From positions 1,376,001-1,440,000 of the forward strand of contig CAUVXB020000001.1 of the NCBI GenBank assembly GCA_963555825.3: a stretch of DNA of 64,000 nt, in the 5' to 3' direction. The stretch's first letter is position 1, and every line of letters starts with the position of its first letter. Positions 41,392 to 52,293 of the stretch are shown here, one piece after another. The stretch is from Alphaproteobacteria bacterium (GTDB taxonomy: Bacteria > Pseudomonadota > Alphaproteobacteria > JAAXGF01). A program made the translations under genes and the position numbers. A model generated the notes under the pieces. It searched no databases. It saw only the letters and a list, made by a program, of their open reading frames with translations, and was not told the DNA's origin.

Positions 41392-43045
41392 GGGTGTGGG
41401 TCTGGTATGGAAAATCTAAGTCATTGATTTAGTGCGTTTTTTGTGTCGAGACGAACGGCCGAAATCGGCTATTCGTGACAATGGGCCGCTCCAAGGCAGG
41501 ATTTTGTTACGACGGCAGGGTCGAGCAGGGGAAGGTGGGAACGCTCCGCACCGCCAGAAGCGGTACGATGCCGTGTCTCGAAACCCAACATCGGGAGCAT
41601 TCCCATGGCAGTATCCCCGCCTCCGGCGCCTTCGTCCATCGATCTTTCCGGCCTGCCTCCTCGGGTCGTCGAGGCGGCCGCCCGGGTGCTCGCACTGTGT
41701 CGCGAGGAGCTTCGTTCCGAGCCGCGCCCCGAGGCGCCCGAGGAGGTCGAGTTGCGGGTGCGTGAGGCCACGAACGAGTTCGCTCGCGATGTCATGGGCG
41801 CCGTCATCGAGAACCGGGACGATGGCGCTTCCCGGATCGAGCGGGACGGGCAGAGCTGGTTCCGGGTCGCGGTGACGCCGAAGACGATCATGACCTCGCT
41901 CGGTCCGGTGACCTACCGGCGAGCGCGTTACCGCAGCGGCGCGAGCGGGGCATCGCCGGTGCCGGTCGACGAGAGCCTGGGCCTCGTCGACGATTACCTG
42001 ACGCGGCCGGCGGCCGAGCTCGGTCTGCTGATGATGGGTCACTGCACGGCCCGGGAAGCGGCGGCGTTCTTTGCGAAGACCGGCGCCATGACGCCGTCGG
42101 TGAGCACCCTGCAGCGCCTGACCCTGAGCATGCACGAATGCTGGGAGAGCCTCGGCCCGGAGACGCTGGGCAGCATCCGTGAGGCCGAGGGCATACCGCA
42201 GGACGCGACCACCGCCTCGGTCTCCCTCGACGGCGTCATGGTGCCGCTGAGACCCGGCGAGGACGGTCGCGCCAAGGCCTCCTGGCGCGAGGCTGCCTGC
42301 GGCACGGTCTCCTTCCACGACGCCGAGGGCAAGCGCCTGAAGACCCTCTATCTCGGCCGCATGCCGGAGAGCGGCAAGCTCACGCTGAAGGCGCAGCTTG
42401 CAAGCGAAGTCGCACACATCAGGCGAGCACGCCCCGAGATCGGGATCGTCGCTATCGCCGATGGCGCCGCCGACAACTGGACCTTCCTGGAGACCCTGTC
42501 GCCCGAAACCGAGGTGATCGACTTCTGGCATGCTTGCGAACATCTGCAAACCGCGTCCGACCATGCCGTGGCGCCCGGCTGGTTCGAGAAGTACCGCGAG
42601 ATCCTCCGTCACGATCCCCGTGGCGTCGCCAAGGTGATCCGGGCGCTGCGCCACCTTCGCGATGCCGCCGCTGCGCCGGACCGGGCCGAGACCGAGCGGG
42701 AACTCGCCTTCTTCCGCAAGCATCGCCATCGCATGCGCTACCACGCCCTGAAGGAAGAGGGCATCGCCATCGGCTCAGGCGTGGTCGAAGCTGCCAACAA
42801 GACCCTGGTGACACAGCGCATGAAGCGCTCCGGCATGCGCTGGCGGATCGTCGGCGGACAGGCTGTTCTGACCTTCCGCGCCCTGATCAAATCCGGCCGC
42901 TTCGAGCGGGCATGGAAGGCCCTGATCAGCGCAACCGACACACCGGCCAACGACAACATCAGTCCACGTGCAGCAGCCATGGCAATCGCTGCCTGAACTC
43001 AACGAACCAAGCCGCAGACATCACTGCCATGCGAGACTCGCACCC
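41392..43045 (+). mobile_element. ISKra4/ISLre2-like (UPF0236, prokaryotic Mutator-like) IS, complete
   Basis: IRs GGGTGTGGGTCTGGTATGG / GGGTGCGAGTCTCGCATGG. 8-bp TSD AGTCCCGC at 41384-41391 and 43046-43053. Confidence 0.9.
41605..42996 (+). CDS. ISKra4/ISLre2-like transposase
   Basis: SLDGVM, IADGAADNW, DFWHACEHL and GSGVVEAANK..QRMKRSGMRW motifs. Confidence 0.88.
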   Translation: MAVSPPPAPSSIDLSGLPPRVVEAAARVLALCREELRSEPRPEAPEEVELRVREATNEFARDVMGAVIENRDDGASRIERDGQSWFRVAVTPKTIMTSLGPVTYRRARYRSGASGASPVPVDESLGLVDDYLTRPAAELGLLMMGHCTAREAAAFFAKTGAMTPSVSTLQRLTLSMHECWESLGPETLGSIREAEGIPQDATTASVSLDGVMVPLRPGEDGRAKASWREAACGTVSFHDAEGKRLKTLYLGRMPESGKLTLKAQLASEVAHIRRARPEIGIVAIADGAADNWTFLETLSPETEVIDFWHACEHLQTASDHAVAPGWFEKYREILRHDPRGVAKVIRALRHLRDAAAAPDRAETERELAFFRKHRHRMRYHALKEEGIAIGSGVVEAANKTLVTQRMKRSGMRWRIVGGQAVLTFRALIKSGRFERAWKALISATDTPANDNISPRAAAMAIAA

Positions 43046-44773
43046 AGTCCCGCCGCCCGCCCGGTCGGGGCCGACCGTCCGGTCTACGCCATCGCCATGA
43101 TGCTCGCCGCGGTCGGCTTGTGGGCGCTGCACGACGCGCTCGCCAAGAACCTCGCCGAGACCTATGGCGTCGCCCAGATTATGGTGTTGCGCAGCATCGT
43201 CGCGGCGACGGTGGTCGGCGGTTTTCTGATCGCGACCAGCGGCACGACGCAACTTCGCACCGGACGGCTCGGGCTGAACCTTCTGCGCGGCGTGCTCGGC
43301 TGCGTGGCGATCGGGCTGTTCACGGCGGCGCTGCCCCGCCAGCCCCTGGTCAGCACCTTCGCGATCATCTCCGCCGGCCCACTCTTCATCACCGTCCTTT
43401 CGATCCCGCTGTTGCGCGAACCGGTCGGCCTACGCCGCTGGCTGGCGACGCTCGCGGGGTTCGCGGCGGTCCTGTTCATGCTCCAGCCGGGCAGCGACGT
43501 CGACCCCACCGCCGGGGCGATGCTCATCGTCTCCAACTTCTTCTTCGCGCTCACCATGATCCTGTCGCGCATCATCGGCCGCACCGACAGTGCCGGCACC
43601 ATGACGCTCTACACGCTGCTCACCTTCATCGTCGTGAACGGCGCCATCGCGCCGTTCCATTGGACCGTGCCGGGCGACGGCGAATGGTGGATCTTCGTCG
43701 CCATCGGCGTGATCGCCGCGGCCGCGCTCTATGCCATGGCCATGGCGTTCACGGTCGGCGCGCCGTCACTGGTCGCGCCGTTTGAATATACCGGCATCGC
43801 CTGGGCGGGCCTGTTCGGCTGGCTGTTCTGGGGCGAGGTGCCGAGCGGGATCGTCATGATCGGCGCGACCGCGCTCGTGCTGTGCGGCCTCTACCTACTG
43901 CACCGCGAACGCATCGCCAACCGGCGGACCCGGCCGATCGCCGCCGACGTGTTCAGCCACGAAGGCCCGTCGGACAACCGCGGTCGGGGCTAGCCGGCGG
44001 CGCGGCACATCGGGCGTGTGCTCAAGAGGTGATGATCGTCGGCTTTTGGGCGCAGAACGGAATTTTCGCGGGGGCCGTCACGTCGTCGCCTTGACCCGAA
44101 GCGGGCTCATGCACTTAAACGGTGACTCCCGTAAATGCACAATAGCCGGAGCCAGATGTGGCACCGCAGCCGCCACTCGGAAATGGTGTGGCTTTCTACG
44201 ACCTGATTGGTTCACAAGCCAACTGGCACTCCACCTGCGATCGGGAGAGCCACACCAGTGACATAGGAAGACGCAGGCCCGGCAAAATAAGAGATTGCTT
44301 CAGCGACCTCCTCGGGTGTGCCGGCGCGGCCCAAAGCAACGTTGGTGTATCGCTGCTCCATGATTTCGTCGACCGAAGCTTCCTGCTCAATCGCCAGGCG
44401 CGCATTCGCCGCCGCGTGCATATCGGTCATGATGTAACCGGGGCACACTGCATTGCACCGAATGCCATCGCCTCCGAATTCCGCCGCGATCGTTTTCGTC
44501 AGTCCAATGATACCGTGTTTCATTGCGGTATAAGCGCCAAACCCCGCTTCTGCGCCGAGGCTGCCCGTCGACCCGACATTGACGATTGCCCCGCCGCCAC
44601 TCACTCGGAGCTCGGGTATAACAGCCTGGCAGAATGTCATCGGCCCTAATAGGTTTACCCGAAAGCTCGCTGTCCAGTCTGCTTCCTTGGTGTCAAGGAA
44701 GGGTCCCGTTCTGAGGTGGTCCCACTTTGTTGGACAGTTTGGCAGCGCGGTTAAGGTGTATTCCGTTGTTTGA

Positions 44774-45703
44774 TCATGCTGCCAAAATCCTTTTTATCAC
44801 ATCCTGTTGCTGTTGTTGAGCCTGTGGGGATGTGGGCAAGGTGCGAGCCTTGTCCATCATATCCACAGGTTGACCGGCCCCGTAGGCCTCGGCCGGCGTT
44901 TGACCGTCGAGGGACGAATGGGGCCGCTCGGTGTTGTAGAAGCCGATCCACTCGCCGATGACCCGTTCGGCGTGGAAGCCGTCGGTGAGCTCGTGTAGGT
45001 AGACCGCCTCATACTTGAGAGACCGCCACAGGCGCTCGATGAAGATGTTGTCCATGCAGCGGCCCCGACCGTCCATGGAGATGCGGATGCTCGCGTTCTT
45101 GAGCACGCCGGTGAAGTCGAGGCTGGTGAACTGGCTGCCCTGATCCGTATTGAATATCTCCGGCTGGCCGTAGCGGGCCAGCGCGTCGCCCAAGGCCTCG
45201 GCGCAGAATCCAGCGTCCATGGTGTTCGACAGCCGCCAGGATAAAACGTGGCGCGTCGCCCAGTCCATGATCGCTACCAGGTACAGAAAGCCACGCTGGA
45301 CGGGGATATAGGTGATGTCGGCGCACCAGACCCGATTGGGCTGGTCGATAGCCATCCCTTTGAGAAGATAAGGATAAATCCGGTGCATGGGATGCGGCAC
45401 GCTGGTTCTCGGCGCCTGATAGATCGCCTCCAGGCCTATCAATCGCATCAACCTGCGAACCCGGTGACGGCCGACGCAAACGCCGTCCCGCCGCAACTGG
45501 CGGACCATCTGGCGGCTGCCGTAGAACGGGTACTTCATGAACAACTCGTCGATCCGACGCATCAGCGCCAGACTCGAAGGGCTCTCCCCCCTGGGCGCAT
45601 AATAGAACGAGGACCGGCCGATCGAAAGCAGGCGGCATTGACGGCTCAAGCTCAGCTCGGGGGCGTCGCGTGTGATCATCGCCTTGCGCTCCCCCCGGCT
45701 CAT
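44774..45703 (-). CDS. IS3 transposase OrfB
   Basis: WCADITY, FNTDQGSQF and DNIFIERLWRSLKYE motifs. Confidence 0.93.
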   Translation of the reverse strand: MSRGERKAMITRDAPELSLSRQCRLLSIGRSSFYYAPRGESPSSLALMRRIDELFMKYPFYGSRQMVRQLRRDGVCVGRHRVRRLMRLIGLEAIYQAPRTSVPHPMHRIYPYLLKGMAIDQPNRVWCADITYIPVQRGFLYLVAIMDWATRHVLSWRLSNTMDAGFCAEALGDALARYGQPEIFNTDQGSQFTSLDFTGVLKNASIRISMDGRGRCMDNIFIERLWRSLKYEAVYLHELTDGFHAERVIGEWIGFYNTERPHSSLDGQTPAEAYGAGQPVDMMDKARTLPTSPQAQQQQQDVIKRILAA

Positions 45704-45981
45704 CGCTTGAGCCCTCTGGCTAAAAAATCCCGTTCCACCGTCAGCTCGCCGATCTTGGCGTGAAGGTCGCGGACCTCGGATTCATGATCCCGGCAAGCGC
45801 GGTTGGCGCCGTTCGAAAACACTTCGCCCAGACCGTCCACCGCCTGGCGCTTCCAGGCGCTCACCTGGTTCGGATGCACCTTGTGCTTGGCCGCGATCTG
45901 CTGGATCGTCTTGTCGCCCCGCAGCGCTTCCAGCGCCACCCGGGCCTTGAATTCCGCCGTAAACCGGCGTCGATTCGTCAT
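45700..45981 (-). CDS. IS3 transposase OrfA
   Basis: RRFTAEFKARVALE HTH. A T6 run near the 3' end is a probable frameshift site. Confidence 0.9.
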   Translation of the reverse strand: MTNRRRFTAEFKARVALEALRGDKTIQQIAAKHKVHPNQVSAWKRQAVDGLGEVFSNGANRACRDHESEVRDLHAKIGELTVERDFLARGLKR

Positions 45982-46085
45982 CTCGTATTCCTCCGTTATC
46001 CGGTGGAATACACCTTAGCTCCCTGTCCGATTTTCTGGGACCACCTCAGTTCCAACAATTGTTCCGGCATTATTCACTAGGATAT

Positions 46086-47210
46086 CTAGTGTCCCGATTC
46101 CGAAGTTCGCATGATTTTCGCCTGCTGTTCAGCGATTTCGATTGTTCGGAGGCAGAAGCGCTGGATGGCGCCGAGGATGTCATCGGCGGATTTGGTCCAT
46201 TTGAAGGGTTTGGGGTTCTGGTTTGTCGTGTCGATGTAGTCGAGGATGGTGCGCTCCAACTCCTTGGTGGAGCGATGGACGCCGCGCCTGATCTGCTTGT
46301 CGGTCAGCAGCCCGAACCAGCGCTCGACCTGGTTCAGCCAGGAGGCGCTGGTGGGTGTGAAATGGGCCTGCCAGCGCGGCCGTTTGGCGAACCAGTCGCG
46401 GATCGCCTTGGTCTTGTGGGTCCCGTAGTTGTCCATGACGATGTGGATGTCGAGATCAGCAGGGACGTTCGCCTCGACGAGGTCGAGGAATTTGCGGAAC
46501 TCTCGGGCCCGATGGCGCGGGAAACATTTGCCGATGATCTCTCCCGTGGCGATGTCGAGGGCCGCGAAGAGAGAGGTCGTGCCGTGGCGCTTGTAGTCGT
46601 GGCTGCGCCGCTCCGCCTGCCCGGGGCGCATCGGCAAGAGGGGCTGGGAACGGTCCAGGGCCTGGATCTGGCTCTTTTCGTCGACACAGAGAACCAGGGC
46701 ACGATCCGGCGGCGCCAAATACAGACCGACGATGTCGCGGACCTTCTCCACGAAGAAGGGATCGCTCGACAGCTTGAAGGTCTCCGAGCGATGCGGCTGC
46801 AAGCCGAAGGCCCGCCAGATGCGATGAATGGTCGAGGGCGCGTGGCCGCTCGCCCGCGCCATCGAGCGAAGGCTCCAATGGGTCGCGTCCGGCGGCGTCT
46901 CTTCCAGCGTCAGCCGGACCGCTTCCGCGATGGCGTCATCGCCGATTTGACGCGGCGCGCCGGGGCGGGGTTCGTCGTACAGACCGTCGAGGCCCTCCGC
47001 CGCATAGCGGCGACGCCACTTGCCCACGGTGTCCGCGCTCGCCTCGAGACGAACGGCGATCTCCTTGTTCTCCAACCCTTCCGCCGCCGCCAAGACGATC
47101 CGAGCCCGCCGCGCAAGCCCCTGCGACGTCTTGCGACGACGAGACAGCGCCTCCAATTCGGCGCGCTCGTCATCGCTCAAAGAGATCGTCACCGCCACTC
47201 TCGCCATCAA
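46086..47210 (-). CDS. IS630 transposase copy 1
   Basis: [18 protein letters not shown] and [11 protein letters not shown] motifs. Confidence 0.95.
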   Translation of the reverse strand: MMARVAVTISLSDDERAELEALSRRRKTSQGLARRARIVLAAAEGLENKEIAVRLEASADTVGKWRRRYAAEGLDGLYDEPRPGAPRQIGDDAIAEAVRLTLEETPPDATHWSLRSMARASGHAPSTIHRIWRAFGLQPHRSETFKLSSDPFFVEKVRDIVGLYLAPPDRALVLCVDEKSQIQALDRSQPLLPMRPGQAERRSHDYKRHGTTSLFAALDIATGEIIGKCFPRHRAREFRKFLDLVEANVPADLDIHIVMDNYGTHKTKAIRDWFAKRPRWQAHFTPTSASWLNQVERWFGLLTDKQIRRGVHRSTKELERTILDYIDTTNQNPKPFKWTKSADDILGAIQRFCLRTIEIAEQQAKIMRTSESGH

Positions 47211-47266
47211 TCGCGCCTCCTAAAAACAAATAGAGACATAATCATATCAATTTATCGATCAGGACA

Positions 47267-48391
47267 CTAGTGTCCCGATTCCGAAGTTCGCATGATTTTC
47301 GCCTGCTGTTCAGCGATTTCGATTGTTCGGAGGCAGAAGCGCTGGATGGCGCCGAGGATGTCATCGGCGGATTTGGTCCATTTGAAGGGTTTGGGGTTCT
47401 GGTTTGTCGTGTCGATGTAGTCGAGGATGGTGCGCTCCAACTCCTTGGTGGAGCGATGGACGCCGCGCCTGATCTGCTTGTCGGTCAGCAGCCCGAACCA
47501 GCGCTCGACCTGGTTCAGCCAGGAGGCGCTGGTGGGTGTGAAATGGGCCTGCCAGCGCGGCCGTTTGGCGAACCAGTCGCGGATCGCCTTGGTCTTGTGG
47601 GTCCCGTAGTTGTCCATGACGATGTGGATGTCGAGATCAGCAGGGACGTTCGCCTCGACGAGGTCGAGGAATTTGCGGAACTCTCGGGCCCGATGGCGCG
47701 GGAAACATTTGCCGATGATCTCTCCCGTGGCGATGTCGAGGGCCGCGAAGAGAGAGGTCGTGCCGTGGCGCTTGTAGTCGTGGCTGCGCCGCTCCGCCTG
47801 CCCGGGGCGCATCGGCAAGAGGGGCTGGGAACGGTCCAGGGCCTGGATCTGGCTCTTTTCGTCGACACAGAGAACCAGGGCACGATCCGGCGGCGCCAAA
47901 TACAGACCGACGATGTCGCGGACCTTCTCCACGAAGAAGGGATCGCTCGACAGCTTGAAGGTCTCCGAGCGATGCGGCTGCAAGCCGAAGGCCCGCCAGA
48001 TGCGATGAATGGTCGAGGGCGCGTGGCCGCTCGCCCGCGCCATCGAGCGAAGGCTCCAATGGGTCGCGTCCGGCGGCGTCTCTTCCAGCGTCAGCCGGAC
48101 CGCTTCCGCGATGGCGTCATCGCCGATTTGACGCGGCGCGCCGGGGCGGGGTTCGTCGTACAGACCGTCGAGGCCCTCCGCCGCATAGCGGCGACGCCAC
48201 TTGCCCACGGTGTCCGCGCTCGCCTCGAGACGAACGGCGATCTCCTTGTTCTCCAACCCTTCCGCCGCCGCCAAGACGATCCGAGCCCGCCGCGCAAGCC
48301 CCTGCGACGTCTTGCGACGACGAGACAGCGCCTCCAATTCGGCGCGCTCGTCATCGCTCAAAGAGATCGTCACCGCCACTCTCGCCATCAA
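47267..48391 (-). CDS. IS630 transposase copy 2
   Basis: Translation identical to copy 1. Confidence 0.95.
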   Translation of the reverse strand: MMARVAVTISLSDDERAELEALSRRRKTSQGLARRARIVLAAAEGLENKEIAVRLEASADTVGKWRRRYAAEGLDGLYDEPRPGAPRQIGDDAIAEAVRLTLEETPPDATHWSLRSMARASGHAPSTIHRIWRAFGLQPHRSETFKLSSDPFFVEKVRDIVGLYLAPPDRALVLCVDEKSQIQALDRSQPLLPMRPGQAERRSHDYKRHGTTSLFAALDIATGEIIGKCFPRHRAREFRKFLDLVEANVPADLDIHIVMDNYGTHKTKAIRDWFAKRPRWQAHFTPTSASWLNQVERWFGLLTDKQIRRGVHRSTKELERTILDYIDTTNQNPKPFKWTKSADDILGAIQRFCLRTIEIAEQQAKIMRTSESGH

Positions 48392-48447
48392 TCGCGCCTC
48401 CTAAAAACAAATAGAGACATAATCATATCAATTTATCGATCAGGACA

Positions 48448-49572
48448 CTAGTGTCCCGATTCCGAAGTTCGCATGATTTTCGCCTGCTGTTCAGCGATTT
48501 CGATTGTTCGGAGGCAGAAGCGCTGGATGGCGCCGAGGATGTCATCGGCGGATTTGGTCCATTTGAAGGGTTTGGGGTTCTGGTTTGTCGTGTCGATGTA
48601 GTCGAGGATGGTGCGCTCCAACTCCTTGGTGGAGCGATGGACGCCGCGCCTGATCTGCTTGTCGGTCAGCAGCCCGAACCAGCGCTCGACCTGGTTCAGC
48701 CAGGAGGCGCTGGTGGGTGTGAAATGGGCCTGCCAGCGCGGCCGTTTGGCGAACCAGTCGCGGATCGCCTTGGTCTTGTGGGTCCCGTAGTTGTCCATGA
48801 CGATGTGGATGTCGAGATCAGCAGGGACGTTCGCCTCGACGAGGTCGAGGAATTTGCGGAACTCTCGGGCCCGATGGCGCGGGAAACATTTGCCGATGAT
48901 CTCTCCCGTGGCGATGTCGAGGGCCGCGAAGAGAGAGGTCGTGCCGTGGCGCTTGTAGTCGTGGCTGCGCCGCTCCGCCTGCCCGGGGCGCATCGGCAAG
49001 AGGGGCTGGGAACGGTCCAGGGCCTGGATCTGGCTCTTTTCGTCGACACAGAGAACCAGGGCACGATCCGGCGGCGCCAAATACAGACCGACGATGTCGC
49101 GGACCTTCTCCACGAAGAAGGGATCGCTCGACAGCTTGAAGGTCTCCGAGCGATGCGGCTGCAAGCCGAAGGCCCGCCAGATGCGATGAATGGTCGAGGG
49201 CGCGTGGCCGCTCGCCCGCGCCATCGAGCGAAGGCTCCAATGGGTCGCGTCCGGCGGCGTCTCTTCCAGCGTCAGCCGGACCGCTTCCGCGATGGCGTCA
49301 TCGCCGATTTGACGCGGCGCGCCGGGGCGGGGTTCGTCGTACAGACCGTCGAGGCCCTCCGCCGCATAGCGGCGACGCCACTTGCCCACGGTGTCCGCGC
49401 TCGCCTCGAGACGAACGGCGATCTCCTTGTTCTCCAACCCTTCCGCCGCCGCCAAGACGATCCGAGCCCGCCGCGCAAGCCCCTGCGACGTCTTGCGACG
49501 ACGAGACAGCGCCTCCAATTCGGCGCGCTCGTCATCGCTCAAAGAGATCGTCACCGCCACTCTCGCCATCAA
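48448..49572 (-). CDS. IS630 transposase copy 3
   Basis: Translation identical to copy 1. Confidence 0.95.
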   Translation of the reverse strand: MMARVAVTISLSDDERAELEALSRRRKTSQGLARRARIVLAAAEGLENKEIAVRLEASADTVGKWRRRYAAEGLDGLYDEPRPGAPRQIGDDAIAEAVRLTLEETPPDATHWSLRSMARASGHAPSTIHRIWRAFGLQPHRSETFKLSSDPFFVEKVRDIVGLYLAPPDRALVLCVDEKSQIQALDRSQPLLPMRPGQAERRSHDYKRHGTTSLFAALDIATGEIIGKCFPRHRAREFRKFLDLVEANVPADLDIHIVMDNYGTHKTKAIRDWFAKRPRWQAHFTPTSASWLNQVERWFGLLTDKQIRRGVHRSTKELERTILDYIDTTNQNPKPFKWTKSADDILGAIQRFCLRTIEIAEQQAKIMRTSESGH

Positions 49573-50026
49573 TCGCGCCTCCTAAAAACAAATAGAGACA
49601 TAATCATATCAATTTATCGATCAGGACACTAGCCGTCCTAAGTTTTCCTTTGCGATGCGAATGCAGCAGTGGATGTGTTCCGGATTAGTCACATCGACCT
49701 CCAACGCAACGGCTGTCCCGCCGGATTTCTCAATCTCGTCCGCGAGATTTGCGAGCAGATCGAGCTTGCTCCAGCGCGACCCGTCAACGTCGAGATCACC
49801 GGCAACATCGGTCACGACAACCGCCGCACCGTCCCTTGCGAGACGAATGGCCGCCGCTCTTCCTATTCCGTTTGGGGCGGCCGCTCCGGTTACGATTGCC
49901 GTTTTTCCTGAAAGCAAATTCATTCCACTGTCCTCCATTATCTGCTTAGTACCCGGTGTCGGGGTTCTTGAGTGTGCGCGAGTTTCTCCATTACGCTGAG
50001 CGTCGCTGAACCGCGCATCACACCTT

Positions 50027-50998
50027 TCAATCGATTTTCCCAGGATCGAATGCCCCAGAAATAGGCTTCGCGTCCGGCCAGTTGCTGCGAATGATTTCCT
50101 GGTGCCAGGTTCCCATGACTACGGGCGGACGTTCATAGCCCTCAATGCATTCGACGACCGGCTCCACCACTGTGTCGTAACGAGGTGTCGCGAAATAGGG
50201 GAAGGAGTATCGTTCCTTTCCCGTCCGGTTAACCACCTTGTGGGGCGTTGAAACGAAGTGGCCGCCAGTCCAATGCTCCATCACATCGCCGATATTGATC
50301 ACGAAGGCGCCTTCAGGCGCGGCCGCCTCGATCCACTGGCCCTCCCGGCTACGAACCATCAAGCCGCCGATCGGATCGGGATAGAGGATGGTGAAGGCTG
50401 ACGAGTCCTTGTGGGGATGAATTCCAAAGCCATCTTCATCGGTCGCCATCGTTGGGTAGTGGAGCAGCGTCATGCTCGTTAGCGGCGTTCGGAAGTGGGG
50501 CAGGAAGAATTCTTCGTCTAATTCAATGGCAAATGCCAACGCCCTCAGGAGATTGTCCGCAAACCGATCGACCTGCCGCCAGTATGCGCGCACGGCCACT
50601 TTCATGCCCGGCAGAGTCTCGGGCCAGACATTGGGGCCATAAAATGGGTATGCCTCGCGGATGGGGTCGTCGGGTGCGACTTCCGCATGCAGCTTGTAGC
50701 CTTCGTACTGATCCGGCGCGTAGCCCGAGGAGTTGGGTGTGAAGAAGCCAATGGGGATGTAGCCGCGGTAGTTGCCAGGCCTGACCCTATGGCGCGCCTT
50801 TACCTCATCTGGCTGGGCGAAAGTCTCGATTAGCGCTCGGCGCATCGCATCAATGACCTCTCGCTCGACGCCATGGCCGGAAACGCAGAGGAATCCGATT
50901 TCCGTGCAGGCCTTCCGCACCGCGTCGACTACCGTCCGGCGGGCTGCCGTGGAGCCTTTTTCGAACGGAGAAAAATCAATCGACGGAAGCGATCCCAT
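50027..50998 (-). CDS. isopenicillin N synthase-like 2OG-Fe(II) oxygenase
   Basis: ACTEIGF, HKDSS (HxD), STPHKV and RYS motifs. Confidence 0.92.
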   Translation of the reverse strand: MGSLPSIDFSPFEKGSTAARRTVVDAVRKACTEIGFLCVSGHGVEREVIDAMRRALIETFAQPDEVKARHRVRPGNYRGYIPIGFFTPNSSGYAPDQYEGYKLHAEVAPDDPIREAYPFYGPNVWPETLPGMKVAVRAYWRQVDRFADNLLRALAFAIELDEEFFLPHFRTPLTSMTLLHYPTMATDEDGFGIHPHKDSSAFTILYPDPIGGLMVRSREGQWIEAAAPEGAFVINIGDVMEHWTGGHFVSTPHKVVNRTGKERYSFPYFATPRYDTVVEPVVECIEGYERPPVVMGTWHQEIIRSNWPDAKPISGAFDPGKID

Positions 50999-51114
50999 CA
51001 CACACCTCGCAAATCTATCCTCTACGGAGAGTGCCTCGGATCGCAATACTCGGCTTGTCGGATTAAGCCTTTTTCTTTAAGAATTCTGCCATCTGGCAAT
51101 TTGGAACTGGATCG

Positions 51115-52053
51115 ATGGAAGGAACAGATACGTCCGGAAAGACCGTGCGCGTCGCAATCGTGCTATTGCCAGAGCACTCGATGATGGTTCACACGCTGCT
51201 CGCAGAGCTGTTGAGGATCGCCGGTCTCGCGGGTGCCGTACAGTTCGAGACCATCGTCTGTTCGTCGGACGGGCGGCCGGTGAGTTCCAGCAATGGCCGC
51301 GTGGTAGAGATCGACGCGGCGTTGGCAGACGTCTCCCGGCCGAACGCGGCTATCGTCTGTGCATCCTACAATCCTTACGACCACGTCGACCGCGCCCTTA
51401 TCGCTTTGCTTAGGCCCCTTGAGCGGCGAGGCACTCTGATCGGAGGGGTCGACACCGGCGCCATAACTCTAGCTGAGGGAGGTCTTTTGGAAGGGCGGCG
51501 TGCGACGCTGCATTGGGATGAGCTTGATCTCGCGCGGGAAAAGTACCCGGGCGTCCGATTTACCGGGGCGCTTGTTGAGCGTTCTCCGCGTCACCTGACA
51601 GGGTGCGGATCGCTCGGCACCATTGAATTCGCGTTGGAGCTTGTCGCCGCATTCGCCGGGCGGGAGATCGCCGACAGAGTGATGGACCTGACGATCCACG
51701 GGCGTCACGAGACGAAGTTCGAACATGCGAACCCGGCACTCTCAAAGGCCATCAAGGCGATGTCGGAAGATATCGGGGCGCCGCTAGCGATCGAAGCGAT
51801 CGCCCAGCTTGTCAATCTGTCGACCCGGCAGTTGACGCGAAAGTTCGATATCGAGTTTGGGATTGGCCCAGGTCGCTACTACCTGAACCTGCGCCTTGAT
51901 CGAGCCCACGAGTTGATCACTAAAACTCGTTTCCCACTTTCCGAAATCGCGTTGTCAACAGGATTCAACTCCGCATCCTGGTTCAGCCGGGCCTTCAAGG
52001 CAAAATTCTCGAAATCTCCTACAGAGGCGCGGAAAAGGCGGCGGCTGCCATAG
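51115..52053 (+). CDS. GlxA-family AraC transcriptional regulator
   Basis: DJ-1-like N-domain (GRRATLHW) plus AraC HTH (TGFNSASWFSRAFK). Confidence 0.9.
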   Translation: MEGTDTSGKTVRVAIVLLPEHSMMVHTLLAELLRIAGLAGAVQFETIVCSSDGRPVSSSNGRVVEIDAALADVSRPNAAIVCASYNPYDHVDRALIALLRPLERRGTLIGGVDTGAITLAEGGLLEGRRATLHWDELDLAREKYPGVRFTGALVERSPRHLTGCGSLGTIEFALELVAAFAGREIADRVMDLTIHGRHETKFEHANPALSKAIKAMSEDIGAPLAIEAIAQLVNLSTRQLTRKFDIEFGIGPGRYYLNLRLDRAHELITKTRFPLSEIALSTGFNSASWFSRAFKAKFSKSPTEARKRRRLP

Positions 52054-52293
52054 CGGTTGTTTCTCCAGCGGAAGGGTCAGACGCGACCGACCAGGGCGAT
52101 GAATCGGGGACAGTAGGCAGCTCCTGGCTATACGCGAACTCAAATGCGGCATGATTGATACGACCGTGCAATAACGGCAAGCAGACCGGGCTACCGGCCC
52201 TCCCCGGCATGATTCTCCCGCCTCGATCGCGTGACCAATGACCACCGATCTCGGGACGGCTGGCTGAGCGCTCGGCTGATCAGCCGCCGGCCC

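Larger units (their letters stand above)
41378..43993 (+). pseudogene. DMT/EamA transporter interrupted at about codon 5 by an IS
   Basis: GGAGAG RBS and ATG ACC AGT CCC at 41378, resuming at 43046. LSIPLLREPVG.RRW and LVAPFEYT EamA motifs. Confidence 0.85.
44712..46048 (-). mobile_element. IS3-family insertion sequence
   Basis: IR TGAGGTGGTCCCA at both ends. 4-bp TSD GTTC at 44708-44711 and 46049-46052. Confidence 0.95.
46089..49629 (-). mobile_element. three head-to-tail IS630-family copies (46089-47267, 47270-48448, 48451-49629)
   Basis: Period 1181 bp, IRs GTGTCCCGAT / ATCAGGACAC. CTAG at 46086, 47267, 48448 and 49629, with a single TA between copies. Confidence 0.95.
44212..49923 (-). 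pseudogene. SDR oxidoreductase split by IS3 and an IS630 triplet (pieces ~49630-49923, 46049-46086, 44212-44711)
   Basis: Rejoins as TGAAAPNGIG...NLGRL|[12 protein letters not shown]|TGPFLD...YTAMKH. Confidence 0.9.

Noticed and set aside
46059-49632. 393-403 aa plus-strand ORFs spanning each IS630 copy
   Set aside because: Antisense shadows of the transposase with no recognisable motifs.
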